A stretch of DNA of 64,000 nt from Mobula hypostoma (taxonomy: Eukaryota). The first letter of the stretch is position 1. Each line of letters begins with the position of its first letter. The stretch is taken from assembly GCF_963921235.1 (NCBI RefSeq), contig NC_086108.1, positions 79,176,001 through 79,240,000 on the forward strand, given 5' to 3'. This document shows, one piece after another, positions 50,824 through 63,977 of this stretch. The notes beneath the pieces were generated by a model that made no database searches, was not told the origin of the DNA, and saw only the letters and a program-made list of their open reading frames with translations. The translations under genes and the position numbers were made by a program.

Positions 50824-52389
50824 ACATTTTATTGGACACCAAACTCTGAACACAAAGTATGCTGAAATGTTTCATGTGATTACATCATCACGTCAGACCA
50901 GCCTCTCAAAGTGCAACCCCAACTCAATGTCGGCGATTGTGAATTATGTACGTTACCACCAATCACATTATCCTACAACAGCAGCAGATGTGAGAAGGAC
51001 TCTGCAGAGAGTCAAGTCCATAAGGCTGCCGGGTCAGGAAACATCCTAGGTTGAGTACTCAGGGGTGTGCACACCAGCTCACTGACATCTTCATGGACAT
51101 CTTCATCACATCACTCATCCAGGCTGCAGACAAATCGGCCACCATCATCCTTGAACCAAAGAACTCTACACCTTCAGATCAAAATGACTACCGCCCAGTG
51201 GCACTGGCTTTGAATGACTGGTAGTGACACACGTCAAAAACTCCATTCTTGCCACACTGGACATAACCCAATATGCTTACTGACAGAACTAGTCTATGAC
51301 AGATCCCATAGCAATGTCCTGCTCCTCAGTCTAAATACACCACTGTACAATTAGGTGTTGGACTTCCTAACCAACAGACCTAAGAAAGTCAGGATGCACA
51401 ATTGCTCCTCCCTCTCCCTCCATCAACCACAACACAGGTACCCCCAGGCCTGGGTGCTGAACCCACTGCTGTACATGACTCACACATGACTGTACAACAA
51501 AATACCCAAGTGATCACATTTTCAAGTTCATCAATGACATGACGGTGGTAGGGCTCATCACCAACAGTGATGAGATGGCCTACAGAGAGGGGGTGGAAGG
51601 GTTTGAGGCCTGTGGCTAGGCAAATAGTCTCTTCCTCAATGTCAACAAGACCAAGGAGATGATTATCGTCTTCAGGAGAACTTGCTGAACTCACACCCCT
51701 CTTTACATCGGCTCACAGCAGTGGAACCTGCGAGCAGCTTCAAACACCTGGGAGTGCACATTCTGCATAAGCCCTCATGGTCCCAGAACACATCCTACAC
51801 AACCAAGAAGGTTCACCAGTGCACCTAGAGAGCTGGACTATGCACATCAATACTCACGACTTTCTACAGATGCACGGTAGAGAGCATCCTAACAAGTGGC
51901 ATCATTGCACGGTACGGAAACTGCTCCGCGGTAGACAGAAAGCCTCTACAACGGGTCGTCAAAACTGCCCAGTACATCACCGGTACCAGACTGCCTGCCA
52001 TCAGCGACATATATATAGCAGGGTGCCAGAAAAAAGGCTAGCAATATCATGAAGGATTCCACCCATCCTGCTTGTGGACTGTTTGTCCCACTCTCATCAG
52101 GGAAGAGGCTATGTAGCGTCCATACCAGGACCACCAGACTCAAAAAACAGTTACATACCCCAAGTAGTGAGGCTGATCAACTCCTCCACAACACCTCCCA
52201 CTACCATTAGCTTATCATTTTCTGTCAGTCACTTTATGCACATAACAATCTGTATACAGTATATAAGCTATCTTAAGTATTTATTTTTATTGTGTTCTTA
52301 TCTAGTCCAAACTTCATGTTTATATTTTTCAAAAATAGTTCTGCTATTCAAATTAATTGCTTTAGCTTTACTGATGATGTAAAGAACAA

Positions 52390-53640
52390 ATGATAATCAA
52401 TTTTGTCATTCTAAATCAGGCCCAGAGGAAAAGAAGAAATCTTTCATGTTGTTAATCGACTACCAAAAAGCATTTGATTCTGTCCCATACTCATAATTAA
52501 TAGAAGTTCTTAATATATATTCACTATATCTAATGGTTGTGAAAATTTAAATTGTCCATGTGTAGAAGGTGAGTCAAGGTATAATCCATTTGGTTGTTTC
52601 TGATTTGATACCCCATTTTCATCTGATTCAGTAAATTAGAGAACAGGACTAAAGCTAGACAAAGCCATAGTGGGCTTAGAGAGTTGCCCTGGAAAATGCC
52701 TGGGTTTATTGTGATAATGGTGGTTGTTCTTTTTTGTTGTTAATAGAATAATTATAGTATGCCAATGCTTCATCAGATGATGTAAAAACTTCACAAGTAT
52801 TGGGTGGAGTTAATATATATTAAGAACTGATACTAAGCATGAGTGTGTGACAGAATCAAATGCTTTTTGGTAATCAATATATCAACATGAAAGATATCTG
52901 CTTTTCCTTCGGGCTTGATTTACAATGACAGAATCTACTATCAGTTGTTCTTTACATCCTTTCATACCTTACGGCATCCTTTCTGCTCTTCTGTAAGTAT
53001 ATTATAGTTATTGAAGTAAGTGGTGATTAGTTGCGAGATGCATGTTGTCACAATAATATAGAGTTTGTAAACAAGTAATAGGATAATATTTTGATAGATC
53101 ATTTGTGATTTCTCCTGCAGGTAAGAGATATGTTTTACCTTATTATTGTTGTATTTTTATTTTTTCTCAGCTCAAGTTGGTAAAACCTGAGGTACAGGCA
53201 TAGCCAAGCACACTCATTTCTCAATTGCAAGGGACTTTTGGATTATTCTACTGGTGTTTAGTATTGTGGCTTTCTGGAGATTTACGTAGATATTGCTGTG
53301 TAGCAATAATTGGTTGGTGCTATTGTGTAGTGCCTTTGGGATGATACTAGTTGTAGATACTACTTTCAGGACAATGTATACCCTGTTCATGTTCCAAAGC
53401 CTTTCAATTTCTTCTTTTAATTCAGCATATTTCGACTGTTTTTCTCTTATTGATTTTTGTATGTTATGTTTTGTAATGGCTATATCTATTAAGTAAGTTG
53501 CTCTTTCTCATTCATTCTGTACTATTATATCTGGATGGTTATTATGGATTGTCTTATCTGTAACAATGGATCAGTTGTAATATAATTTGACCCTAAAACT
53601 GGATCAGGCTTGTATTTATAGTAAGGAATGGTTTCTTTTA
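52390..53640. mobile_element. R4/Dong-clade LINE fragments (RT and restriction-like endonuclease), rearranged
   Basis: IDYQKAFDSV on both strands (52455 plus, 52880 minus), GIFQGNSLSPLWLCLAL, NHPDIIV...KYAELKEEIERLWNM (minus). Confidence 0.8.
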
Positions 53641-53649
53641 TGAGTTTGT

Positions 53650-54090
53650 ATTTTAATTTTAATTTGTATTTTAATATTTATTACTATTTTTTTTTGTATT
53701 TGCAGAGTCTGGTTTTTTTGCACACTGGTTGTCCACCCAGCTGGAGTGGTCTTTCATTGAGTCTGTTATGGTTATTGGATCTATTGAGTATGACCTCAAG
53801 AAAATATATATTTACATTGATTATAAATTTACTTTGAATTTGAACTTTTGAACTTCGAGTAACAATTATTTATTTCTCCTTTACACTTGTTTACTGGAAA
53901 TTGCATTAAACAATCTTGAAATTTATATCCTGAACCCATGAATATTACTTTGTTATTCCCATTTTTTGCACTATTTATTTGTTTTGTACTTTATCGTAAG
54001 TTTATGTCTTTCAACTGAACAGCTTCCACAAAACAACAAATTTCGTGTTTTGTAGACAGTGATAATAAACCTGATTTAATTTCTGATTCT
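53650..54090 (+). mobile_element. Two Rex/Babar-type 3' UTR remnants
   Basis: 53650-53856 homologous to 1380-1590 with (TTGAAC) tail; 53925-54090 ends AATAAACCTGATT...CTGATTCT. Confidence 0.7.
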
Positions 54091-56592
54091 AAAGAAATTA
54101 GAAATGAAACAGCAACACCATCTGTGGGAAAGGCTCTAATCTATTAAATCCATATATATCAGCAAAACCTATTGAAAATTATAATCTGATGCACCTTATT
54201 ACTTGAAGTATGTTAGAATTGGGATCCATCACAGTGATCATTACCTTCTGATGCATTGCGAGAACATTTCCCACAAACCCATCAACCTGCTCTGCTGAAT
54301 TCTGAACAACAGAGACTTTGCACCTAAAACTTTACTATATTTCGTCTTTCACTGTCACTCTGTTCAACACCCCGGATCTGATAATAAGGCAGAGACAACA
54401 AGAGGAAAATTCCTTAATTTGTTGAACCACACCACTGACAACTTTGACAGTGACAACACAAGAGGGAGATTTCATTTGATTCATGTGACTTGATCTCTGC
54501 TGCTATCATGGTAACCACAGTTTTATCAAAGACCTAAACACAGAATTATCTTCAAGTATCATCCTTTCAAGTCCAACCAAATTTAGAGATTTTGCATTTA
54601 CCAGGATTTGATTCATAAATGTTTGTTTACTGATCAAAACTATTAATAAATTCTGCCTGAAACCAGATGGACTTCAAGACATTCCAGGGATATTGAAGAT
54701 TCAATATTAGCTCCAAAATGGCACATTTCAAAAAAGAAAAATCCTTTGCATCATGTCTTTCACTGTTTTGACATCCTGCTATCAGGTAAGTGCAGGAATT
54801 GGATGTTTATTTTACTGCACAAGTCTGTTGATAATTTGGAATTCTCACTCAGATGACAGTGAGTGTGGCAGCTCACAATATTACATTGATGTGGTTTTGC
54901 AAGACTGAGCAGGTATTTGGTCTGTATCTTTGATACCGCTACAAGATTTTATACTTGCGCGGCACTGACATTCTGCACACAGATGAAAATAAATTATCTT
55001 AATTTTGTATCAATAGTCTTTTACTATTGTTTTAATAGGACATGTGTGGTTTACTTCTAATCATTTTAGCCTCATTTTGAGCTCCAAAGCCATCTGTCTG
55101 TGATTGATGTTCGTTCTAGTTACTGTGATTGTGCCATTCCTACAGTGTCTGCTAAGCACACTCACCTGTCAGTTCTTTCTCTTGTGCTCAGATGGAGTAC
55201 ACTCAGGTCAAACTGTCTTCATCTTCCTTTCTCACAGCCACTAAATGAATATGTTCTTTGTTTAAGGTATAATTACTAATCACGTAGCCATCGGGAAGAA
55301 AATAACATAATTATCTCCACTCTGGTAGCTCTAATCACCACCAACTGAGGCTACAGAACTGAATAGCTTTAATAATTATCCTTCAGTGCCACTGGCCGCT
55401 TCTCAAAGTCTCAAACAAGAGACATAATGAAAATAAACTGGAAGCTCATCACCACCTTCACAGCACAAAAAATGGCTCTGAGAGTGCTTTAGAATCAAAG
55501 AGGGACAAAATGAGTTTAACCTGCAGTAGATAATGGGTAATTTATATTCTGTAAATTTAAACGGGGGATACAGAGATCAAAAAATTATATGCTCAGCACT
55601 AAAACACATTTGCATTTTTTCTTCCCAGCCCCACTTCTTTCTTTTTTTTTAATTTGAGGGTCAGTTCCCATTTATATTCCTCTTGCTGTGATAAATTGCA
55701 AGTCTCCACCTGACATTTCCTCGCAACAATACAGATGAGATTTCGAATGATAGCAGACCCTACATACCACCACCCTGACACAACACAATGACACTCCAGC
55801 ACACTGTCCTTCAAATTCACTTTACCTTTCCTCATACTGTCGGAATTTGAGATATCCTGAAAGAAGTTAAGGTTAAGCGAGTGCCTGAGGGAAGTGGAAT
55901 TCCGGTGAGAGAACATTATGCAATAGACAGGAAAACAATGCAAAAATTGACCAAGTTTATGGAACTAATGATGACCTTAAGCAGGAGGATACAGGAATTT
56001 GTAAAGCATGACAGCGTTAAAGTAACAATCAGGAGTGCATGAAAAGTTTCAAACAAAGAGAGTCATTGGAGTTTATTGATAGTAACTGGTTTGGGAATGA
56101 GACTCGAGAAGTAAAGTGGAGATTTTAAAAATTAAAACTAAGCATAGAGTTGCCAATTTAATTAAGAAAGAGGAAGGATTAAGAAGTGAAAACATTGGAT
56201 AGATCAGGGTTGGTGTAAGTATCAAGAGGAATTAGTCCCCCATATTCTGCATGTTGCAGAACCATATGTGGAATCCTGTTTCCAGTTCTGGTCTGCATAC
56301 CTACCGAATAATATATATGCCTTAGAAGTGGTGTAACCAAAGTTCACTATGTTGATTCCTAAACTAATGGGGGTTTCCCATGAGATAAGATTGAGTTTTA
56401 TAAATCTATTCTCTCTGAAATTAAAGCAGTGAGATATGATCACACTGAAACTTGCAATACACTGTGAGAGGATTATGGATTGTTACTAAGCAGTTATTTC
56501 CCTTGGTGATGAGCCAAGATCAGGGATTTTACATTTCACATTAGGAGGTTAGCCATTTAGCATTGAGATAACTTTTTGTACACTTAAGAGTA

Positions 56593-57330
56593 CAGTGGAT
56601 TCCAGTTAATTGGGACACATCAGTACCAGTACATTTTGGCCCAGTTAAACAGTGCCCCAGTTAGCCAAAGTTCCATGGAAATAGTTAAAAACGGGATTAA
56701 AATAGACAAACTATCATTTCCATGAGTAACACTACTAATATTACTACAGTACTATAGAACTGTGCATGATTTCCTAATAGTTATCAACTGAGGAATTCAT
56801 CTAGAGTTCGCTATCATGCTTGGCTGCAAGTGAACAAAATCAGTGCAGACCTCTATTGCAGATAATGGACTGCCTTCATACAATGCTTTCAATAACTGTA
56901 TCCTCCAAATCTCCATTTTTCATTGTAGCATTCAAGGTGATTGTGGCTACCTTCAAATTCTTCGTAGGTGCTAACTTGTTGAAGAAGTGAAATCATTTCA
57001 CTTTAACTCCTGGCCGTTTCTGGCATCTCCAAGTCTGAATGCTTCAAGCACAGTGAGCAAAACAGTTTTGAGCTGTCTTAGAGCTTATTTCTCACCAAAT
57101 ATCAGTGAGGAAAATAAGTACAGTGTTGTGTCTAACGGCCATGCAAGTGCACACGACTGATGCTACTTAGAAACTGTGCAGCAACAGTATTCTGTCCCAA
57201 TTAAGAGGCACAGTGCCAAAATAAATGAAGGGAATCCTGGTTATTTTCTCAATTAGTTTTTGTTAAGAGTTCTCTCAACAATTGAGTTCTGCCTCAATTA
57301 ACCAATGGCCCAATTAACCAGAGTCAACCA
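56593..57330. mobile_element. Tigger/pogo-like (Tc1-mariner) deletion derivative inserted in an old CR1 fragment (56240-56590, 57331-57390)
   Basis: TA flanks; left end CAGTGGATTCCAGTTAATTGG, degenerate right end CCAATTAACCAGAGTC; acidic transposase-tail-like remnant on the minus strand. Confidence 0.7.
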
Positions 57331-57453
57331 TATTATGAAGTTATGCAATTCTCTACCCCAGAGAGCTGTGAAAGCTAATTTGCTGATACAATTCAGCTAT
57401 TTAGCATTCACAGCTCTCTGGGGTAGAGAATTGCATAACTTCATAATATGGTT
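57326..57453. repeat. Inverted repeat with 47-bp perfect arms
   Basis: 57326-57372 is the exact reverse complement of 57407-57453; pairing continues imperfectly inward. Confidence 0.95.
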
Positions 57454-57684
57454 ACAATTAGACTAAGTTTACAATTCAGATTAAGTTTATTTTAGATCTC
57501 TCCACAAACTCTTGACTTCACAATCTACCTTGCTATGACCTTGTACCTTATTGTCTTCCTGCACTGCACTTTTTCTATAATTGTAATATTACTTTCTGCA
57601 GCCTGATATTGCTGTTCCCTTGTACTACCTCAATTTACTGATGTTGTGAAATGATCTATATGGACTGCAAAGTATTTTACTGTC

Positions 57685-58650
57685 AAAGTAAAGTTCGCTG
57701 TCACATGCACAAGGTACAATAAAAAACTTAGCAGCAGGCGCATGGCATCATATAAGCAACATTCACAAGAGAGACTTAATTTAAATGTAAATGATAGAAG
57801 ATTCTTACAAGAGAGAACAAAAAAAAGTCTATTTAAATGCAAAGTGATCAAAGTGTTCATGGCGTTACTAAACCGCAGTGTTTGGGGTTTTGCCAGTTCG
57901 TTCAAGAACTGAATGATCGAAGGGGAGCAGCTGTTCTTGAACCTGATGGTGTGGGCCTAAAGGTTTCTGTACCTCCTGCTTGTTAGTAGCTGGGAAAAGA
58001 TGGCATGGCTCAGCTGGTGGGGAACTTTGATAATGGATGTGGCCTTGTTGAGGTGGCACCTTCTGTAGATACTACAGATAGTGTGGATGGATGTGCCTGT
58101 GGTGTATTGGGCAGAATCCATTACTCTCTGCAGCTTCTTATGTTTCTGTGCACTCAAATTGCAGAACCAGACTGTGATGGAACCAATCAGTATACTTTTG
58201 GCAGTACCTCTATAGATGCTGTTGGAGTGTTTAACAATAAACTGAACTTCCTTAACTTCCTAAAAATTTAAAGGCACTGGGAGGCTTTCCTTATGATTGC
58301 ATCTATGTGCTGGGTCCTGGGCAAGTCACCTGATAGGTTAGCAGCCAGGACTTTAAAGCTGCTGACATTCTCCGCCGCCAATTCTCCAACATGGACCGAC
58401 GCACGTTTGCCCTCCTTTACCTTCCTGAAGCCAGCAATCAGTTCTTTAGTTTTGCTGGTGTTGCGTGAGTGGCTGTTCTGCAGCACCACTCAGCCAGGTG
58501 AGCGATCTCGCTCCAGGAAGATGAATCATTGCCACCTGAGATCTGTCCAGCAACAGTAGTGTTGTCAGCAAAACTGAAGACGGCTTTGAGCTGTGCTTAG
58601 CCACACAGTCATGTGTGCAGAGGGATCAGAACAGGGTGCTGCACCTGTGT
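57685..58650 (-). mobile_element. Rex1/Babar LINE 3' portion
   Basis: SKTKELI, VSSFKVL, KLQRVMDSAQYTTG, RRYRNL; (TTGAC) tail. Confidence 0.85.
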
Positions 58651-59572
58651 GCACCTTGGTACATGTGATAATAATTATCCAGTTCCCAATTACCAAGCCT
58701 AGTGGTTTGTCCGTAAGAAGAGCAAATACTGTCAATACCAGTAGCATATTCCAATCTTTTTTTCTGCATCAAATAACCACATGTTGCACTCAGGAGACCT
58801 GAAAAGTTGGGTACTAGTGGTGCAGTGTCCAGAAGGTGGCTCTGTACCTGCTTTCTGAAAACTCCTTCCAATGCCTTTGTGTCAGGAATGAAGCTGAGAA
58901 TTCCAAGCAAAAGACAATTTGCTGGTCAAGCAGCATCTGTAGAGGGAAAGATATTGTCAACATTTCAGGTTAAGTCCCTACAGACAATTCCATACCATTA
59001 CAAGGTAGAAGGAAATCAATAGAAGGTAAATTGCAGGACTCTGCTGCGGTCCTCCAATCCTAACACTTGTTCCAGAGTGCCAGAGCGCCGGTTGGTTAAG
59101 ACCACAGCTACTACCTTGAGTCACAGCCACAGGTCCAATTCTGAGGGATTGACTCCCTCCCTGTGCCTATCTCGTGCTCCAAGCTGACCAGTCTCTTCAT
59201 TACCTCACCACCAGGTTGAGATGAGCAGCAACTTTGAGTCCCATAACCTCCCTCACAAAGACCACCTGTTCTACTAATGTAAACTCGCCCATCTCCTCAA
59301 GCGCCTTGGCCCATCTGCTGCTGAAATACTCAGCTATGTTTTTTTATTAACTCCAAGATGATACCAGTATAGTAATTATTTTTTTAAAACCTGTGCTAAA
59401 GCAAAACTCTACAATCTCACTTCCCATCATTGCCCCTGCACTAATTTGTCCTATGGCCTATCAGTGATTCCATTTCCAAATATTATCCTTAGGTTTGAAT
59501 CTTTCCACAGTAAACCTTTGGGCTGATATGCAGTACTGCCATCAATTAGAAACACAAATTGTATGTTTGCCT

Positions 59573-60150
59573 TTCAAAGTTCAAAGTATATTTATTATCA
59601 CAGTATGTATAGAGTATACTATCTTGAGATTTGTCTCTTTACAGGCAACCACAAAATGAAGAAACCCAAAAGAACCCATCAAAATAGAGGTCTGTCAACC
59701 ACTCAATGTGCTGAGAGAAAAAAAACAAATCATGCCACAGCCTCAGTTTAGCACAGACCTGAGTACTCATCACAGAGCAGTGAGCTGACTGGCCCATCAC
59801 TCAACTCTGGCCCTGACACCCCGACCTTTTCAGTCTGGCCCGCCACTTAAATTGTTCAAACATTGGGACTTTCCTTGTTCTCGGACCAGGGACCTGTCGC
59901 TTTGATACGCTCTGGGGCTTGGACCCATCACCTCGATTTGTCCCATTCCCGACCTTCCTAATTTGGCCTGGTGCTTAAATTGATCAAACCTCGGTTCTTT
60001 CCTCGCTCTTGGGGACAGGCCTGGGCTCCGCCTCAACTCTACCTCACCTCTTCTTGCCTCAACTCTTGCCTCCGTTCACCTCGCCATTGTTTGTGGTGAT
60101 CATTTACCAGAAAAGCATTACTAATGAAGTATTTAGTTGTTTTATTTTGC
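59573..60150 (-). mobile_element. Probable non-autonomous retroposon with Rex/Babar-type tail
   Basis: (TTTGAAC)n tail and AATAAA on the minus strand; GC-rich non-coding body. Confidence 0.5.
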
Positions 60151-60384
60151 TTTGCTTGCCACTGATAAGTAGTCACTGAGCTTCACCAGTGTCATCTCAA
60201 ACTGGAAGTATTTGCCTATGGAGTAAATAAATCTTGTTGTTGTTATATAAGGCTTTGGTGTGACTGCAGCTGGAGTTTTCATCTCTTTACCAAGGAAAGG
60301 AAATATTTGCCACAGAAGAAATACAGTGAAATTCATCCGGCTAGTTCCTGGGATGGTGGGTTTTTATAGAGAAAATAATCAGTA

Positions 60385-61875
60385 GGATAGTTGTTGAGCC
60401 CATTAGGGGATCGGCTGTACTGGATTGGGTATTGTGCAATGAACCAGAGGTGATTAGAGAGATTGAGGTGAAGGAACCCTTAGGAGACAGTGATCATAAC
60501 ATGATTGAGTTCACTGTTAAATTTGAGAAAGAGAAGCCAAAATCCGATGTGACGGTATTTCAGTGGAGTAAAGGAAATTACAGTGGCATGAGAGAGGAAC
60601 TGGCCAAAGTTGACTGGAAAGGGACTCTGGTGGGAAGGACGGAAGAGCAGCAGTGGCTGGATTTTATGCGAGAAGTGAGGAAGGTGCAAGACAGATATAT
60701 TCCAAAAAAGAAGAAATTTTCGAATGGAAAAAGGATGCAACTGTGGCTGACAAGAGAAGTCAAAGCCAAAGTTAAAGCAACGGAGAGGGCATACAAGGAA
60801 GCAAATATTAGTGGGAAGACAGAGGATTGGGAAGTTTTTAAAAGCTTACAAAAGGAAACTAAGAAGATCATTAAGAGGGAAAAGATAAACAATGAAAAGA
60901 AGCTAACAAATAATATCAGAGGATACTAAAAGCTTCTTCAAGTATATAAAGAGTAAATGACAGGTGAGAGTAGATATAGGACCGACAGAAAGTGATGCTG
61001 GAGAAATTGTAATGGGAGATAAGGGGATGGCAGAGGAACTGAACGAGTATTTTACATCAGTCTTCACTGAGGAAGACATCAGCAGTATACCAGGCACTCA
61101 AGGGTGGCAGGGAAGAGAAGTGTGCGCAGTCACAATTATGACAGAGAAAGTACTCAGGAAGCTGATTAGTCTAAGGGTAGATAAATCTCCCGGACCAGAA
61201 GGAATGCACCTTCGTGTTCTGAAGGAAGTAGCTGTGGAGATTGCGGAGGCATTAGCAATGATCTTCCAAAAGTCAATAGGTTCTGGCATGATTCTGGAGG
61301 ACTGGAAGATTGCAAATGTCACTTTGCTATTTAAGAAGGGGAAATGGAAGCAAAAAGGAAATTATAGACCAGTTAGCTCGACATCGGTGGTTGGGAAGTT
61401 GTTGGAGTCGATTGTCAAGGATGAGGTTACAGAGTACCTGGAGGCATATGACAAGATAGGCAGAACTCAGCATGGTTTCCTTAAAGGAAAATCCTGCCTG
61501 ACAAACCTATTGCAATTTTTTGAGGAAATTACAAGTAGGCTAGACAAGGGAGATACAGTGGATGTTGTAAATTTGGATTTTCAGAAGGCCTTTAACAAGG
61601 TGCCACACATGACGTTGCTTAACAAAATAAGAGCCCATGGAATTACGGAAAAGTTACATACGTGGATAGAGCGTTGGCTGATTGGCAGGAAACAGAGAGT
61701 GGGAATAAAGGGATCCTACTCTGGTTGGCTGCTGGTTCCCAGCGGTGTTCCACAGGGGTCCGTGTTGGGGCCGCTTCTTTTTACGTTGTACATCAACGAT
61801 ATGGATTCTGGAATAGATAGCTTTGTGGCTAAGTTTGCTGATGGTACAAGGATAGGTCGAGGGGCCGGTGGTGCC
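60385..61875 (+). mobile_element. CR1 ORF2 internal fragment (same subfamily as 3501-8990), 3'-truncated
   Basis: ORFs 60432-60929 and 60964-61941: SDHNMI, NYRPVS, GVPQGSVLGPLLF, KFADG. Confidence 0.95.
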
Positions 61876-62169
61876 AGAACACACACTACGTTTTACCAAG
61901 TACACTTTATAGATATTACTAAGTCTATGAAATTAATATAAATTTGGTACAGAAAAGGAAGAAGGTCTAGGCCTGCTCCCAATTTACAAGTTCTTATCGC
62001 TGCAATTTCTGTAAAAATCTCTAAGAAATGCATATTCTTCCATCTCGGATCCCTCTCCATAATCATTCTCACCATTGTCTGCCATGTCTTCAACTACCTT
62101 CATCCAGAATTCTCTTTCCAACCCTATTCCCTTTTCTCCTCCTTATATAAATGTTAAACAAACTACAAA

Positions 62170-62300
62170 CAATTGAAAATCTGCAAATGCTGGAAATCAA
62201 AGTAATACACACAAAATGCTGCAGGAACTCAGCAGGCCAGGCAGCATCTATGGAAGAAAGTAAACAGTCGATCTTTTTGCCCAAAACATTGACTGTTAAA
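62170..62300. mobile_element. PLE terminus with small inverted piece
   Basis: Tail plus terminal repeat (minus) to ~62272, then GCCCAAAACATTGACTGT (plus). Confidence 0.8.
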
Positions 62301-63977
62301 CTATCTCTTTGACAACAGGCTTTTCACCTTGCCAGATGTCACCACCATTGGCTTGGTGGTTACTTTTGCTTGATTTCCTCCTGATTGTCAATGGAAATAA
62401 GGGACTTAATAGATTGTTGAGCTATACAGCACATACCTGCTTTACGAGAAGTCTAAATTCAAATTTGCTTCCAATGCGTCCTTTCATTGCTTTGCATAAA
62501 ATCAATATCATCAAAGGTCTCTGAAATAAAATGAAGGTATTTACCACTAATCTGTCCAAAGGGCCTTTCCATCTGTTGATTACTCTGTGCTAGAAAGTAC
62601 TTCTGAATATCAATGCGGTATCATCTATAACTATTTTTGACATCCAGATGGCATCTCAACACTGAAGCAATGGGTGGTACCAATCAGAATTTCATGCCAC
62701 CAGTTTTTCCATGATGAGAGTGGAGAATTGCTGTGATTTTGTTCACAACATACAGATGACAATGTACAGATGTCTAACCAGTTACCATAGCAATAGAAGG
62801 AAATCAAGAGAATACAGTCAGAGACAGTAGCTGGAATTTTAGTTATAGTGAAAGGAAATTAAAATTACACTAGGTTGCAGTATTTTGCAGGTCCTAATTT
62901 TATAAAAAATACGATCAATATTATACTTGTAATTAATCTAGATCATTGGTGTTTCATTTTGCAATTCTTGATAAAATATTATCGTGAAGTACGTCCAATA
63001 TATGACTTGCAAGCAAGGAAACCTGAGAGTGCCCCTGCTTCTGTCAGCAACTCAAAGCCCACACTGTTACGTAAATGCTAAGGGGGAAGACGCCTGTTCC
63101 CATTATACTGAACACACATACTTCTTGTAAGAATAGAAAAGGCAAGCATAAAGCATTCAGAGTGAAAGCTTTCATATGTCTTTTTGTCTTTATCTTCAAA
63201 ATATCTTACTTTGTGGATTATCAGCAATGCCCTCAGTCTAAATAACCAACCATTTTGGAAAATGAAATACCCTGCAGCTATCTGCAGGGAGAATGAGCAA
63301 GAAACAATGTTCTGCTTTTGAGTTTAAATGCTGCGACCACAAGGGAAAATGAAGGGAAATAAATTGCCCAGAGGCAAGATTTTGAGGAAGAACTTAAGTT
63401 TGCTTGATAGAATAGAATGAATGAATTCTCTTCCCAAAACCCTGAGGACCTCTTAATTCAATAACTTGGAACAGAAAATTGTGCTTATGGAAGTTTAATC
63501 AGCAAGATGTTTTTGAAATCTTAATGGAGCTCTGCAGCTCTTCAAAGTTCAGACCTCAGTCAGTGCTAGAAGCAAATAGTTTGACTCTGATATAGGAAGA
63601 GTAATAGGTGATTGGAGTGATAATAAAGCAGTAACCTAATCGAGGGTTTCAGATGAAAGAAGACCTGTGTTGCTGCTAGGTTTGAGTGGTTTCTGCCTGA
63701 CTCCTGAACACCTTGATTAGATTACTGCTTTGTAATCTTATCAGGTTTCTTTGCTGCATTTCCTTTTTGTAAGGTTAAATATATAGAGTGATAAGTTTGC
63801 CTTCGTTCACTCCTATAATCTGTATGCAGCAGTACTAACCACTGCTATACCCACCTCCAGCCATTCAGTTCCATTGTCATTGAAGTAAAGGCCCAACAGA
63901 AGAGCAGGGCCTTATCTTTCACAGTACCCTCCTAATTGGATCCTGGGAACAGTATGTAGTTTTATATATCAACAGAC

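Larger units (their letters stand above)
46795..50977 (-). mobile_element. Ty3/Gypsy LTR retrotransposon, decayed, with both LTRs
   Basis: gag LKLPEFW...ITTDDTRF; protease FLCETGAQVS; RT VYLDDILV; integrase VDLAGPLP; LTRs ~46795-46945 and 50118-50977; TSD ACAAC 46790-46794 / ACAGC 50978-50982. Confidence 0.9.
46245..52295 (+). mobile_element. Rex1/Babar LINE (46245-46794 plus 50978-52295) split by a Gypsy element
   Basis: NHISIMLIPAY...; TAADVRRTLQRV, NDYRPVAL, FKFINDMTVVGLI, MKDSTHP. Confidence 0.88.

Noticed and set aside
54667..54785. Plus-strand exon ending CAG|GTAAGT
   Set aside because: Weak acceptor, unrecognised peptide and no partner exons found
60964..61941. Functional reverse transcriptase
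   Set aside because: FADG instead of FADD, upstream frameshift and stop, and 3' truncation
63269..63289. Small hairpin CCCTGCAG-ctat-CTGCAGGG
   Set aside because: An 8-bp stem is expected by chance in 64 kb
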